Counted from the stretch's first letter, positions 37,689-47,481 are shown. The stretch is DNA of 64,000 nt from an uncultured virus (IMG/VR IMGVR_UViG_3300030116_001948) (IMGVR_UViG_3300030116_001948:1-64000); one strand, 5' to 3'. Numbers and translations: made by a program. Notes: generated from the letters alone by a model not told the origin.

Positions 37689-38442
37689 CGATTATCTCAC
37701 CCCATAAAGATGTTTTACCATCAATTATCTCTACTACCTCAACCTTAAACTCACCATTTGTAAACCAGTCTACTATTGCAAATGCATGAGCCCAGTTATG
37801 TAATCTACCTTTTAGCCACTTATTATTTTCATGTGACATATCTTTCAAACAACCTAATGACCAAGCACCTATATTACCATTTAACTTAGTCAACGTATGT
37901 CTTTGTAAGTCATGTGTATGACCATACATTACATTTTCTCCATAGGTTTCTAAATGTTTCTTTGCATGATATGTCGTAGCAAATGCTCCATGAAAGAATG
38001 TTAGCTTTCCTATTTGTATTGGTAAATTATATTCAGTATACTTATAACCTCTTTCTTTTATTTTACACGCTTTAAAAAAGTTATAATTATTAAGATAGGG
38101 ATATTTATTAGAAAAATTATCCAACCAGAGATCGTGATTACCCTGGAGTAAATATTTCTTTTTACATTTAACTTCTTCCAATACTTCATCCCAAACATCT
38201 AATCCTTCATTTACCAATCGTATATCTTCATTAACAATAGGTAATTGAAACTCAAGTGGTGGTAGTTTCTTATCTTTGTACTTCCACGCAGATACTGACT
38301 CCCACTCACCAACATCCCCAAGATTAACAAATACATCTGGTTTTATTTTACGTATAGCTTTTACTACACAATTAACAGCAGCTTTATCATCTAATGGATA
38401 ATGCTGGTCTGGTATTATTATACCACGTTCCTTAAGTTTCAA
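37675..38442 (-). CDS. Calcineurin-like metallophosphoesterase
   Basis: DxH (PDQH), GD, GNHD, HG and GHTH motifs. Confidence 0.9.
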   Translation of the reverse strand: MKLKERGIIIPDQHYPLDDKAAVNCVVKAIRKIKPDVFVNLGDVGEWESVSAWKYKDKKLPPLEFQLPIVNEDIRLVNEGLDVWDEVLEEVKCKKKYLLQGNHDLWLDNFSNKYPYLNNYNFFKACKIKERGYKYTEYNLPIQIGKLTFFHGAFATTYHAKKHLETYGENVMYGHTHDLQRHTLTKLNGNIGAWSLGCLKDMSHENNKWLKGRLHNWAHAFAIVDWFTNGEFKVEVVEIIDGKTSLWGEIIDGNV

Positions 38443-38454
38443 TGGTACCTCCTA

Positions 38455-38613
38455 TTATTTTTTATCTAGAGCTTTTTTAACTTCAGCCCATAGTTTATCA
38501 TCTAACTTGTTTGATGATTTACCTACTAAGAAATCACCTAAATGTAGAATGATTGCTTTTAACAGTTTTTCAGTTCCTAAACTAGTTAGTAACTTACCTA
38601 ATATTGGTCCCAT
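38455..38613 (-). CDS. 52-aa amphipathic protein (not in ORF track)
   Basis: MGPILGKLLTSLGTEKLLKAIILHLGDFLVGKSSNKLDDKLWAEVKKALDKK; GAGG SD; TAATG coupling. Confidence 0.6.
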   Translation of the reverse strand: MGPILGKLLTSLGTEKLLKAIILHLGDFLVGKSSNKLDDKLWAEVKKALDKK

Positions 38614-38807
38614 TATTTAACCTCACAGTCTTTGTTGCAAGCATCTAAGCCTTTCATATAGCCTTGATGCTCAATGATCATTTGTTTTACTTCTCCTAGT
38701 CTAGCATTAGCTTCCTGAATTTGTCCAGCAAGTTCATTATGTTGCTCTACTAATGTTTCCATTTTACTTTCTGCTTCTTTTCTTAGGTCGACTTTTTCTT
38801 TAGCCAT
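38613..38807 (-). CDS. Coiled-coil protein
   Basis: 64 aa; AAGGAG SD. Confidence 0.6.
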   Translation of the reverse strand: MAKEKVDLRKEAESKMETLVEQHNELAGQIQEANARLGEVKQMIIEHQGYMKGLDACNKDCEVK

Positions 38808-38816
38808 TGTTTCTCC

Positions 38817-39812
38817 TTACTTTTTTTTACGTTTACTTAAAGCAAACTTTCCAACATCATAAATGTCTTTAGCAAGTATCACAGCTCCTACACCTGGTAT
38901 TACTCTAGCTGCACCTTTAACTATACTTTTAGCTATAAGTTTTTGTGCTGCTTTTTTCTTAACTCCTCTATCAGCTTCCTTAACAGCTTCTCTTACTCCA
39001 GATTTTAAAGCAGCTTTTCTATTTATTTTTTGATATTCTTTTTGAGTATCTAAAAATACTTTATTAGATTTTTGTTGTTTAACAGGATCAGCCATATCGC
39101 TAGCTTGTATAGAAGCTATTTTTCTTTCAGCTTTCTTTATTAAACTTCTTTGTTTCTTGCCTACTCTACTTTCAGGATTTGGTTTATACAAGTCAACTGG
39201 TTTGTTAGATGTATACTGACTACCGCCACCTGAAAATATTTTTTGACCATCTATTAGTTTAGGTTGAACTGTTCGTTTAGGTTTTCCTTTAATTAAATGT
39301 TGAGCATCTTCTACAGTTTCTGTAATTACTGTACGTTTTGCAGGCTCAGCATATACTCTTAAAGGAGATTTATCTTTTGGAACTTTAAAGTCAGGTTGTC
39401 CATAAATAGTTTTATTTTTACCAGATATAGTTCCCAAGTCTAGATTTTTTGTATCTATTTTTATATCTATTAAATTACCGACAGCACCTTTTACTTTCCC
39501 AGGTACTGCAGCTATATTTTTTCCTACCTTTACTACTCCTTTACCAGCAGTTTGCACAGCTCCTGGTATTTGAGAAATAACACCTGGTAATTTAGTAACA
39601 CCGAAGCCTGTAGCTCCAGCTTGATACATAAGCCTTGTTCCTGCAATTGTACCTTTCACAGCACCTTTTATAATTGCTGGTCCTGCAGTTACAGCAGCTC
39701 CAGTAGCTACGGCTCCTCCTATTCCATAACCTAACGCTTTACCAGCTTGCATTAATCCAGATTTAACTGGATCTTTTCTTCCTGGCTTTTGTTGTTTTGT
39801 TGTTATTGGCAT
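38817..39812 (-). CDS. Basic Gly/Ala/Lys-rich protein, possibly virion core
   Basis: 331 aa; GAGG SD. Confidence 0.6.
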   Translation of the reverse strand: MPITTKQQKPGRKDPVKSGLMQAGKALGYGIGGAVATGAAVTAGPAIIKGAVKGTIAGTRLMYQAGATGFGVTKLPGVISQIPGAVQTAGKGVVKVGKNIAAVPGKVKGAVGNLIDIKIDTKNLDLGTISGKNKTIYGQPDFKVPKDKSPLRVYAEPAKRTVITETVEDAQHLIKGKPKRTVQPKLIDGQKIFSGGGSQYTSNKPVDLYKPNPESRVGKKQRSLIKKAERKIASIQASDMADPVKQQKSNKVFLDTQKEYQKINRKAALKSGVREAVKEADRGVKKKAAQKLIAKSIVKGAARVIPGVGAVILAKDIYDVGKFALSKRKKK

Positions 39813-39872
39813 AATTAATTCCTCTCTACGATTTTTAATTGTAATATAATTATTATATTTTTATTTTCCTAA

Positions 39873-40253
39873 TTATTTAATTTCTTTTTTTATCTTATTA
39901 AATACTTCTTCTTCATCAAATCTCATGCTAATACCAGGTTCGTACCTCATAACTTCTTTACCTTCTTTCAAGATAATAATAGTAGGAACAACTTTAATGT
40001 TCCATTCTTTTTGTATGACTGCACCTATAGCTTTATTATTCAAATCTATTTCACCTACATAACATAAGTCAGCAAGTTTTTCTATGCTTACTCTATTCTT
40101 GTAGTTCCATGATGCATTTACTTGTACTACTGCACAGTTCTGTATATTCAAAGCCTGTATAGATTGAAAACTATCTAAGTTAACAGACTGAGAGTGTAGC
40201 CATGTAGACGATAGTCCAAGCCATAAGCATAATGATAATATAAACTTTCTCAT
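39873..40253 (-). CDS. Thioredoxin-fold protein with a signal peptide, lacking CxxC
   Basis: Sec-like N-terminus; VVQVNASWN where WCxxC is expected; WNIKVVPTIIILKEGKEV.R is the cis-Pro thioredoxin signature. Confidence 0.7.
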   Translation of the reverse strand: MRKFILSLCLWLGLSSTWLHSQSVNLDSFQSIQALNIQNCAVVQVNASWNYKNRVSIEKLADLCYVGEIDLNNKAIGAVIQKEWNIKVVPTIIILKEGKEVMRYEPGISMRFDEEEVFNKIKKEIK

Positions 40254-40262
40254 GATTCATCC

Positions 40263-40559
40263 TCATTTATTATTCATATCTATTAGAGTCTCAGTAATAG
40301 CTCTAGTATCTTCCTTAATGTCATCTACTTTTTCTTCAAGCTTATCTACTTTACCCTCTGTGTTTAATATTGAATCACGAATCATCTGATCTTTCAAATC
40401 ATATTCCATACGTGAAACCTCAGGCTCTGGTAATTCTTTAGCAAGTTCTATCTCTGCTTGTAAAGAATACCACATACCTATAATCATACCTACAGTAACC
40501 AAGATACTAATACCTGTTTCTATAGATAATGTAAATTTAGTGTCTTTACCTACTTCCAT
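40263..40559 (-). CDS. Single-pass membrane coiled-coil protein, possibly lysis-related
   Basis: TM helix ISILVTVGMIIGMWYSL, then a coiled coil. Confidence 0.55.
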   Translation of the reverse strand: MEVGKDTKFTLSIETGISILVTVGMIIGMWYSLQAEIELAKELPEPEVSRMEYDLKDQMIRDSILNTEGKVDKLEEKVDDIKEDTRAITETLIDMNNK

Positions 40560-40575
40560 TGTTATCCCCTATTGT

Positions 40576-40920
40576 TTATCTACCTGGTCCACCGCCACCA
40601 CCACCAAGGTCAGCGTGTTGCCCACCAAAGGTGTGACTCATATTAAAAGGTGCTGTTCCTATATTATTTAATAAAGTAGCATCAGGATTATCTAATGATG
40701 TACTTTGTATAGGATTGTTTGTACCACCTAATCTGTTAAACGTATCTGCTGGTCCACTATCATCATTATTAACAAAGGTATTAGTATATGCACCACCAGT
40801 GCCTCCACATAAACTAGTTAAACTTATGTTTGTTGTTTGGATAACATTGGTAGCTTCTCCAAGAGCACTACCTATTCCCTTCATACCTACGTTGCTTGTT
40901 CCTACTGCTGGACCTGCCAT
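40576..40920 (-). CDS. Putative tail fibre-associated protein
   Basis: Gly/Thr/Asn-rich, 114 aa, downstream of the fibre gene. Confidence 0.5.
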   Translation of the reverse strand: MAGPAVGTSNVGMKGIGSALGEATNVIQTTNISLTSLCGGTGGAYTNTFVNNDDSGPADTFNRLGGTNNPIQSTSLDNPDATLLNNIGTAPFNMSHTFGGQHADLGGGGGGPGR

Positions 40921-40923
40921 TTA

Positions 40924-41163
40924 CTACTCAGCGTCTCTAATTGCTGTTAAATCTGTAATCTCTTGACTTACTTCTGTAAGCTGTGCTTCAAGACTAGCTT
41001 TATTAGCTTCAGCATTTTCAAGTGCCTCTGTTAAAACATAATCACTTTTATAATCTAATACTGTAACATCATTACCATCTGCATCTTGCATAGTTCTAGT
41101 ATGCTTAATTTCAACCATTTTTACTTCACCATCAGGTTCTAATGCTGTTATTATTTTAGGCAT
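40924..41163 (-). CDS. Small coiled-coil protein, possibly a fibre chaperone
   Basis: GAGG SD; overlaps the fibre stop. Confidence 0.5.
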   Translation of the reverse strand: MPKIITALEPDGEVKMVEIKHTRTMQDADGNDVTVLDYKSDYVLTEALENAEANKASLEAQLTEVSQEITDLTAIRDAE

Positions 41164-43802
41164 TTTTTTAACTCCTCAATTTGTTCTTGTTGTTCTTGTA
41201 CTGCTTTAATTAAAACAGATACCATTTTACCATAGTCAACTGTTTTAAATTCTTTTTGTGTTTTTAAATCTTCGTGTTCTTTTACCACTTCTGGTATAAT
41301 TTTTTCTATTTCTTGTGCTATAACACCAATATCGTGTGATTTATCTCTTTTTTCTTTCCAGTCATACTCTACTGGATTCATTTGTAATACTTCTTTTAAA
41401 CCATAAGGTATTGGTTTAATATTCTTTTTTAATCTTTTATCAGAACCAGTACTGCTTGAAAAAGCAACTACGTCATTATCAAAATGTCCAGCACCACCTG
41501 TTGTAAATAAAACTTCAGGTCCACCTAAAGCATCATCACCAGCGTCAAATCTTAAATCGGCATTAGAAGTACCTATACCAAATCTCCAAGCTACTACACC
41601 CTGTCTTTCTAACTTTACATTACATAATGCATTACCTGGATTTATATGAAGTAAAGCATCGGGGTCATTATGTGCTATTGCCACACGATCAGTTGATCCC
41701 TCAACAAATAATGTATTGGCATTACCATTAGTTTCTACTCTAAAATCTAAATCTAAAGAACCGTCATTAAATATTACTCCAGTGCTATTAAATCTCATTT
41801 TGTTTTGTCCGCCTACATAATGAACAACATTATCTGCACTTTCTTCAAAAATATAAGTATTACCACCACCATCTAAAAATAATTTCTTAGCAGCTTTTAC
41901 TCTCGTGTCTTGTAGTAAATCAATAGCCATTGCACCACCATCGATAACCATATAATTTGTATTACCACCACTACCATTATCATTCCTAAATATAATATCT
42001 CCATCATCTTGATACTGGTCAATATAAAAATGCCCAGTAGAATTTGTTATAAAAGTATTACTTCCATTATGGAAAAAAGCACCATCTCCTGCATTACCCA
42101 CTTCAAAGGTAACACTATCAGGAGTTCGTATTGTTTTATTAGCATAAGTTCTTGTTTGACTACCATCTAATGTTAAGTAAGCAGTAACACCACCACTTCC
42201 ATCATCACAATTAAAAATAATATCTGCATCGTTTGTATTTTGCTCTAAAATTAAATGTCCACTATAAGTAGCAATATAATTATTGTTGCTTTCATGTGAT
42301 AATTGTAATTCGTTTCCTGCTCCAAAAGTTAATCTTTGATCATCATTTGGTATTCTTACTCTTGCATTTTCACTTGCATCAATAATAATAGCATCTTTAT
42401 TTGTACCACCATCATTTACTCTAAAATAAATATCTCTATCGCTAATAGTAGAGTGTATAAAGTTAATGTTACTATCGTGAACTATTTGTAAATCATCTGA
42501 ATCTCCAAGTTTTATTCTATCACTATCTCCCATATCAAGATGGCTTGATAAATGTAGTTCCTTAAATACATAAACTATAGCAGCTCCACCATCAAGTCTT
42601 AAATATTCAGTAACACCACCACTACCATTATCTGATTTAAATATAATATCGCCATCGTCTTGATTGTTGATAATATTAAATTGTCCAGTATAATTATCGA
42701 TATAAGTATTACTTCCGTCGTGGTTTATTTGTAAATCTTGACCAGCACCTATTGCTAGTCTTTGATTGTCATAAGGCAATTTGACTCTNNNNNNNNNNGT
42801 TTTATTTGTTCCACCGTCATTAACTCTTAATAGTAAATCGCCATCTTGTACATTGTTAGCTAAATATAAATTTGTACCACTATCTTTTTCTATAAAACTA
42901 TCTGCTGTACTATTTACATTTATAACTGCGTTAGTTCCACCTGTAAGTGTTAATTGTCCACCACCGCCTATTGTTAAATTATTGCTTGAATTAATAGTAA
43001 CATTAGATTCACCACGAATAGAACTAGAACCATTACCTGTTAAAATTCTGTCATTAGCAAGATTACTAATACCCAAGTTAGATTCATTCCATATTTTACT
43101 CCAAGTAGCATAAGAAGTGTTTACAGTAGTAGTACCTACATACAACTCTGCATTACTACTATATCCAACAGCTATACCACCCCAACCACCACCAGAATCT
43201 CTGTTAGCAATTTTATGAAAATAAAAATATGTTGAGCCAGGATTACCATAATTTTGATTTCCACTTCTCATCATACCACCAAAACCTACTGGAAAATCAG
43301 CCCAGTTTTGTTCACTTAATTGATTACCTTCTAATCCAGTTGAACCTACAGTACCTACATTACTTACATTGTCTTGCATACCATTTGAAAATGTAATTTT
43401 ACCAGTAGATGTATCTGCAGCATTACTTCTTAAATATTTAGGATCTGTGTGTTGTGTAATACTTGATGCTGCAATTCTTGCATCTGCAAAAGTTCCTGAT
43501 GTAATCTTAGAAGCTGCTAAATTAGCTATCCTAGCTGCTGCTACTGTACCACTTGTAATTAAATTTCCACTATGATTACCTAAATTGAGTGTTACTGTAC
43601 CAGATGTACCACCACCAGATAAACCAGTACCAGCTGTTACGCCTTCAATATCTCCAGAAGAAGCACTACCAATAGCAGTTATGGTGCTACCTACTTTAGT
43701 ATATAGTTGATTGTTAGTATAATCATATACTAATTCATATTCATCTATACTACCTGAAACAGGTGCACCATCACCTCTTTTTATTAATAACTTACTAGCC
43801 AT
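41151..43802 (-). CDS. Tail fibre with a C-terminal intramolecular chaperone (peptidase S74); spans an N gap
   Basis: SDKRLKKNI...GVIAQE.EK..PEVV...VDY...LIKAVQEQ; internal repeats such as DGDIIF..DNGSGG. Confidence 0.85.
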   Translation of the reverse strand: MASKLLIKRGDGAPVSGSIDEYELVYDYTNNQLYTKVGSTITAIGSASSGDIEGVTAGTGLSGGGTSGTVTLNLGNHSGNLITSGTVAAARIANLAASKITSGTFADARIAASSITQHTDPKYLRSNAADTSTGKITFSNGMQDNVSNVGTVGSTGLEGNQLSEQNWADFPVGFGGMMRSGNQNYGNPGSTYFYFHKIANRDSGGGWGGIAVGYSSNAELYVGTTTVNTSYATWSKIWNESNLGISNLANDRILTGNGSSSIRGESNVTINSSNNLTIGGGGQLTLTGGTNAVINVNSTADSFIEKDSGTNLYLANNVQDGDLLLRVNDGGTNKXXXXRVKLPYDNQRLAIGAGQDLQINHDGSNTYIDNYTGQFNIINNQDDGDIIFKSDNGSGGVTEYLRLDGGAAIVYVFKELHLSSHLDMGDSDRIKLGDSDDLQIVHDSNINFIHSTISDRDIYFRVNDGGTNKDAIIIDASENARVRIPNDDQRLTFGAGNELQLSHESNNNYIATYSGHLILEQNTNDADIIFNCDDGSGGVTAYLTLDGSQTRTYANKTIRTPDSVTFEVGNAGDGAFFHNGSNTFITNSTGHFYIDQYQDDGDIIFRNDNGSGGNTNYMVIDGGAMAIDLLQDTRVKAAKKLFLDGGGNTYIFEESADNVVHYVGGQNKMRFNSTGVIFNDGSLDLDFRVETNGNANTLFVEGSTDRVAIAHNDPDALLHINPGNALCNVKLERQGVVAWRFGIGTSNADLRFDAGDDALGGPEVLFTTGGAGHFDNDVVAFSSSTGSDKRLKKNIKPIPYGLKEVLQMNPVEYDWKEKRDKSHDIGVIAQEIEKIIPEVVKEHEDLKTQKEFKTVDYGKMVSVLIKAVQEQQEQIEELKKCLK
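42789..42798. other. Scaffold gap (10 N)
   Basis: Run of N in the sequence. Confidence 0.99.
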
Positions 43803-43811
43803 TATAACCTA

Positions 43812-44627
43812 TTAGTTAGCGTATGTTCCTAGATCTATTGTAACATTTGTCATGGTAGAACTATCTATATTAGCTACTAAAGCTCCTTTAGTAAATCCAC
43901 TCATATTACCAGTGCTAGAAGCTGTTGCTGTTGTAGTTCCTAAAGTCCATTTATCTGCACTTTCATCAAAGAATATTGTAGCATTATCACCTGTAGAACC
44001 ACGTTCTATAATAAGACCACAATCATTTGCATTACTTCCTGCTCCACTATTAAGTTCTAACAACGGATCACTTACTGTAGTATTAGTAGTATTTACAGTA
44101 GTTGTTGTACCACTTACTGTAAGATTACCACTAACTGTTAAATTTTGTGCAATAGTAATACTATTAGCCAATTTATCTCCAGTAACTGCGTCATTTGCAA
44201 TATGTGCTGTATCAATAGAACCATCTACATACTGGTCACTATCTACAGAATTAGCTGACATATGTGCTAAATCTACAGCTCCATTTGCAATATGTTCACT
44301 ATCTACTGCATCATCTGCTAGTTTTGCCCCAGTAACTGCGTCAGCAGCTAATTCAGCTGTTGCTACTCCAAGATCTTTAATCTGTACTGCACCACTATTT
44401 ACTACAAAATTATTTGTAGAAAAAGATGCTTTACCTTTAACACTTGATGTAGCGTCAGGAAGATTCACTTCCAACTCTGTTACTGTAACTGTATTACTTG
44501 CTGTTTGTTTACCTATATATAGTTTGCCAGCAGCATTATCCCATGCCAACTCACCATACAACAAAGAAGCTGGTGCTCCAGCACTTGCACCATATACGCT
44601 CTTTTTAATCTGTAATGTACTTGCCAT
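43812..44627 (-). CDS. Tail fibre/spike protein
   Basis: N-terminal L.YGELA...KLYIG anchor, (A/S)V(T/D)..(K/H)(L/I)A(D/N) repeats, LTVSGTTTTVNTTN. Confidence 0.75.
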   Translation of the reverse strand: MASTLQIKKSVYGASAGAPASLLYGELAWDNAAGKLYIGKQTASNTVTVTELEVNLPDATSSVKGKASFSTNNFVVNSGAVQIKDLGVATAELAADAVTGAKLADDAVDSEHIANGAVDLAHMSANSVDSDQYVDGSIDTAHIANDAVTGDKLANSITIAQNLTVSGNLTVSGTTTTVNTTNTTVSDPLLELNSGAGSNANDCGLIIERGSTGDNATIFFDESADKWTLGTTTATASSTGNMSGFTKGALVANIDSSTMTNVTIDLGTYAN

Positions 44628-44637
44628 TTATCTCTCC

Positions 44638-44895
44638 TTATGGTTGATAGCTGCCGCCATCTATTGCCTCATTTTGCAAAAGAACATCTGCGTCTTTTAC
44701 ACTTATTGTTGTAGTGCCATTGCTTGTACTAGTTTCAATTCCAGTACCTGCTGCAATATTATCTGTTAATCCATCGGCAGATGTAATTTGTACGTCTGCA
44801 CTACCATTGTCAATCTTTAATTGATTATTGTCATAAAAAACAATTTTTTTATACACATCTTTAATCTTGTTTGGTCCTGTTAAACTTCCACCCAT
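44638..44895 (-). CDS. Small virion/tail protein
   Basis: Ends IDGGSY; homolog of 1-178. Confidence 0.7.
   Translation of the reverse strand: MGGSLTGPNKIKDVYKKIVFYDNNQLKIDNGSADVQITSADGLTDNIAAGTGIETSTSNGTTTISVKDADVLLQNEAIDGGSYQP
44719..44808 (+). repeat. 90-bp exact direct repeat, copy 2 (candidate chimeric junction)
   Basis: Identical to 2-91. Confidence 0.9.
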
Positions 44896-45191
44896 TATGT
44901 TGTCACTCCTATATCATCATAAGTTGGTTCACTTACATCTGCTACATCACTATAAGTAGGATTAGCTACTGCACTTACATTACTAAAAGTATATACACTT
45001 CTTGTAATATCAGTATAAATACTACTGCTTGGATCACTTATATCACTAAGTGTCACATCAGCTGGTAGTGATAAGTCTGTAAAATTACCATCTGTGTTAT
45101 CATTAAAATGTTGTTCAAGATCATTAAATGATACATTAATATCACTAAATGATGCTAAACCAAAGTTTCCTTTTTTCCAGGTATTTGCCAT
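44895..45191 (-). CDS. Acidic virion-region protein (B)
   Basis: Homolog of 178-474. Confidence 0.75.
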   Translation of the reverse strand: MANTWKKGNFGLASFSDINVSFNDLEQHFNDNTDGNFTDLSLPADVTLSDISDPSSSIYTDITRSVYTFSNVSAVANPTYSDVADVSEPTYDDIGVTT

Positions 45192-45619
45192 TAAAAACTA
45201 TGTTGTACTATTCTTCTTCTACCACTAATACGACCTCTGTTCGCAAAAGTCTTACCTTCTTTAATACCTTTTTCAAACTTACGTTCAAAGTATGGTGCCA
45301 TCTGAATCATATCTGGTTTTGTTTCATATCCCAACTGAATAGCTTTATCAACTAAATATTGATGAAACTGTGTTGGTAATTCACTCTGTTCAGACATTAA
45401 TGCTGTACTTTCTAATGTAGAAGATCCAGATGAGTTTACACCAAAGTGCAATGCTTTCTTGTGATAAAACAATGTTATCGTATGAACAGCAGTTACACTT
45501 TTAAATAATTCTTTTTCATTTTGGCTAGAATCATATAATGCAATACCAATTGAGTCACGTTCTACCCAATATACGTGTTGCTTTGTTTGTCTAGCATTTA
45601 ATCTATCTCTATGGCTCAT
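45191..45619 (-). CDS. Adaptor-like protein, C-terminal-half type (B)
   Basis: Homolog of 1500-1910. Confidence 0.65.
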   Translation of the reverse strand: MSHRDRLNARQTKQHVYWVERDSIGIALYDSSQNEKELFKSVTAVHTITLFYHKKALHFGVNSSGSSTLESTALMSEQSELPTQFHQYLVDKAIQLGYETKPDMIQMAPYFERKFEKGIKEGKTFANRGRISGRRRIVQHSF

Positions 45620-45897
45620 TATGTTATATCCCTATACTCTGGTCTACCTTGTAGACGTTTAATTGATTTTACATTACCATCTTCGTCTTGCATATCTACA
45701 GATTTAATTTCTAATATAGAATCTTTTAATCCGTAATAACGTTGACCTGATACTGTATCAAACTGAGTAGCTTCATCTAATATCAGTGTTCTAGAACAAA
45801 ATTCATCTGATGCTTGATTTAGTAATTTAATTACTTCCACATTACCAAGATCTGGATGATGCTTTTGTACTAGTTCAATCATTTCCTGCAGCTTCAT
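45619..45897 (-). CDS. Adaptor-like protein, N-terminal-half type (B)
   Basis: Homolog of 1910-2188. Confidence 0.65.
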   Translation of the reverse strand: MKLQEMIELVQKHHPDLGNVEVIKLLNQASDEFCSRTLILDEATQFDTVSGQRYYGLKDSILEIKSVDMQDEDGNVKSIKRLQGRPEYRDIT

Positions 45898-46729
45898 TTG
45901 GCACTCCTATTGGTTGTAGTCTCATCGATGAAAACATTGTTAAAAACTCTATTAATTGTCTAGATACTTTAAAATACTGACTTTCATACCATCCATATTG
46001 ACTAGTATCTCCTTGTAGTTCAGCTTGATAGTTGCTCAAAAATACATTCATTTTATTCAAGTATGCATTTGCTAATTCTACATCCTCGTCTGCTAAATAA
46101 TCTCCTACAATATTAAACCACTTATTTACATTAACTCTATCTGATTCAGTACCTTGATTTGCACTAGCATCTATTGTAGTTAAGTTAGTAGCACCTGTAG
46201 GCTTGTCTATTTCATTCATTCTTTTTTGCAATACTTGTAATGCTGCATATAAAACAACACCTCTAAAATACTCAGAAGGCAAGTTTGTAATACTAGTAGC
46301 ATTTAAAGCAAAACTTGTATTCGGTGTTATGTGTCTTAACACTGCTTTTTGTGCTGCTGTTGGTACTGGTAATACTTTTAATACATTACCATCTATAAAA
46401 TATCTAGGATCAGTAACTGTAGCAAAATAAATGCTATCTGAATCTAATGCATTAAAACTATCTCCAAAACTAATTCTTCTACAAAATTTAGATGCTGTTC
46501 CAGTATCTGCTTGCTCTCTAACAACAGAAATAATATCTATCACATCAGTTAATGTATAACCACTATCACTTGTAATATCTTGTGTTTGTGTTAATCGTTC
46601 TGATAAAGCAGGATTCTTTGCAATAATTCTTTGCACGTATTTATTGCCCTCTTTACAAAACTCTAATGCTTCTGTTGTAATATCAGATATACTACCAGTT
46701 ATTGCTTCTATGTCAGTTTGTAAGCTCAT
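45875..46729 (-). CDS. Putative head-tail adaptor (B)
   Basis: Homolog of 2166-3020, same length. Confidence 0.65.
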   Translation of the reverse strand: MSLQTDIEAITGSISDITTEALEFCKEGNKYVQRIIAKNPALSERLTQTQDITSDSGYTLTDVIDIISVVREQADTGTASKFCRRISFGDSFNALDSDSIYFATVTDPRYFIDGNVLKVLPVPTAAQKAVLRHITPNTSFALNATSITNLPSEYFRGVVLYAALQVLQKRMNEIDKPTGATNLTTIDASANQGTESDRVNVNKWFNIVGDYLADEDVELANAYLNKMNVFLSNYQAELQGDTSQYGWYESQYFKVSRQLIEFLTMFSSMRLQPIGVPNEAAGND

Positions 46730-46941
46730 ATCTTCATTTTACCTTTTTTTCTTAATACGTCAGCTGCACTTTCTAATGCACTTTCTCTATACATTTTCTT
46801 TTGTATGCCCAATTTTTTAGCTAATTCTAAGTTTGCAGAGGTATCTTTCAACTCTTGTAACGTAGGATTAAACAAACTGTCTTTACGTTTTCTTTTACGT
46901 AAAGCTAATACTTGTTTAGTTGCTCTAGTAACCATACTCAT
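46726..46941 (-). CDS. Small basic protein
   Basis: 71 aa starting MSMV; overlaps both neighbours. Confidence 0.55.
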   Translation of the reverse strand: MSMVTRATKQVLALRKRKRKDSLFNPTLQELKDTSANLELAKKLGIQKKMYRESALESAADVLRKKGKMKI

Positions 46942-47195
46942 GATTTTCTTAGAGGTAAAGAACCTCTACCTTTTTTACGTCTTTTTCTAGTTTTAAGTTT
47001 GTTAGGAATATTTATAAACTGTTTTCCTCCACTACTTAAAAACTCGTTAGCCATTCCTAAATCCATTTTAGGTGGATTAACAAAATCTGCAGGATTGTTT
47101 TTTCCTGTATGAAATAAAAAAGCATCTTCTGCCTGTCTATATCTTTTTAATCTTTTTTTAGCTGCTTTACCTAGTTTTCTAATTACCATGCTCAT
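46938..47195 (-). CDS. Small basic protein
   Basis: 85 aa starting MSMV; Lys/Arg-rich. Confidence 0.55.
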   Translation of the reverse strand: MSMVIRKLGKAAKKRLKRYRQAEDAFLFHTGKNNPADFVNPPKMDLGMANEFLSSGGKQFINIPNKLKTRKRRKKGRGSLPLRKS

Positions 47196-47197
47196 AA

Positions 47198-47437
47198 TTA
47201 TTTCTCTTTCTTTTTCTTTCTTCTGTTAGCAAGTATTCCAATTCCAGCAACTACACCAGCTGCTGCTGCACCACCAAGAAGTAATTTACCCATACCTCTT
47301 CCTGCACCACTATATTTACCCATACTTTTAACAATAACAGGTTTAATAGCTGCTGCTTTGCTTTTTCTAGCTTGCTGCATTGCAGAAGGTTTTACTTGTC
47401 CCTCTTTTGGAAAATCTATCTTCATTTGTTTTGGCAT
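47198..47437 (-). CDS. Small basic protein with a C-terminal hydrophobic helix
   Basis: AAGGAG SD; LLLGGAAAAGVVAGIGILA then RRKKKK. Confidence 0.6.
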   Translation of the reverse strand: MPKQMKIDFPKEGQVKPSAMQQARKSKAAAIKPVIVKSMGKYSGAGRGMGKLLLGGAAAAGVVAGIGILANRRKKKKEK

Positions 47438-47457
47438 TTCTCTCTCTCCTTTTAATA

Positions 47458-47481
47458 GAGGGGGAATATTTCATCCCCCTC
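47458..47481 (-). terminator. Hairpin after the major capsid gene (B)
   Basis: Minus strand GAGGGGGA-TGAAATAT-TCCCCCTC. Confidence 0.6.

Larger units (their letters stand above)
1..44717. mobile_element. Phage genome A: podovirus-like, apparently complete and circularly permuted, about 44.7 kb
   Basis: Contains terminase, portal, capsid, tail, lysozyme and replication genes. The gene order restarts at an offset of 44717 (positions 2-91 equal 44719-44808). No integrase or host genes seen. Confidence 0.85.

Noticed and set aside
43852..44769. 305-aa plus-strand ORF
   Set aside because: Antisense shadow of the repetitive Ala/Thr/Ser-rich tail fibre gene; no SD or recognisable motif.
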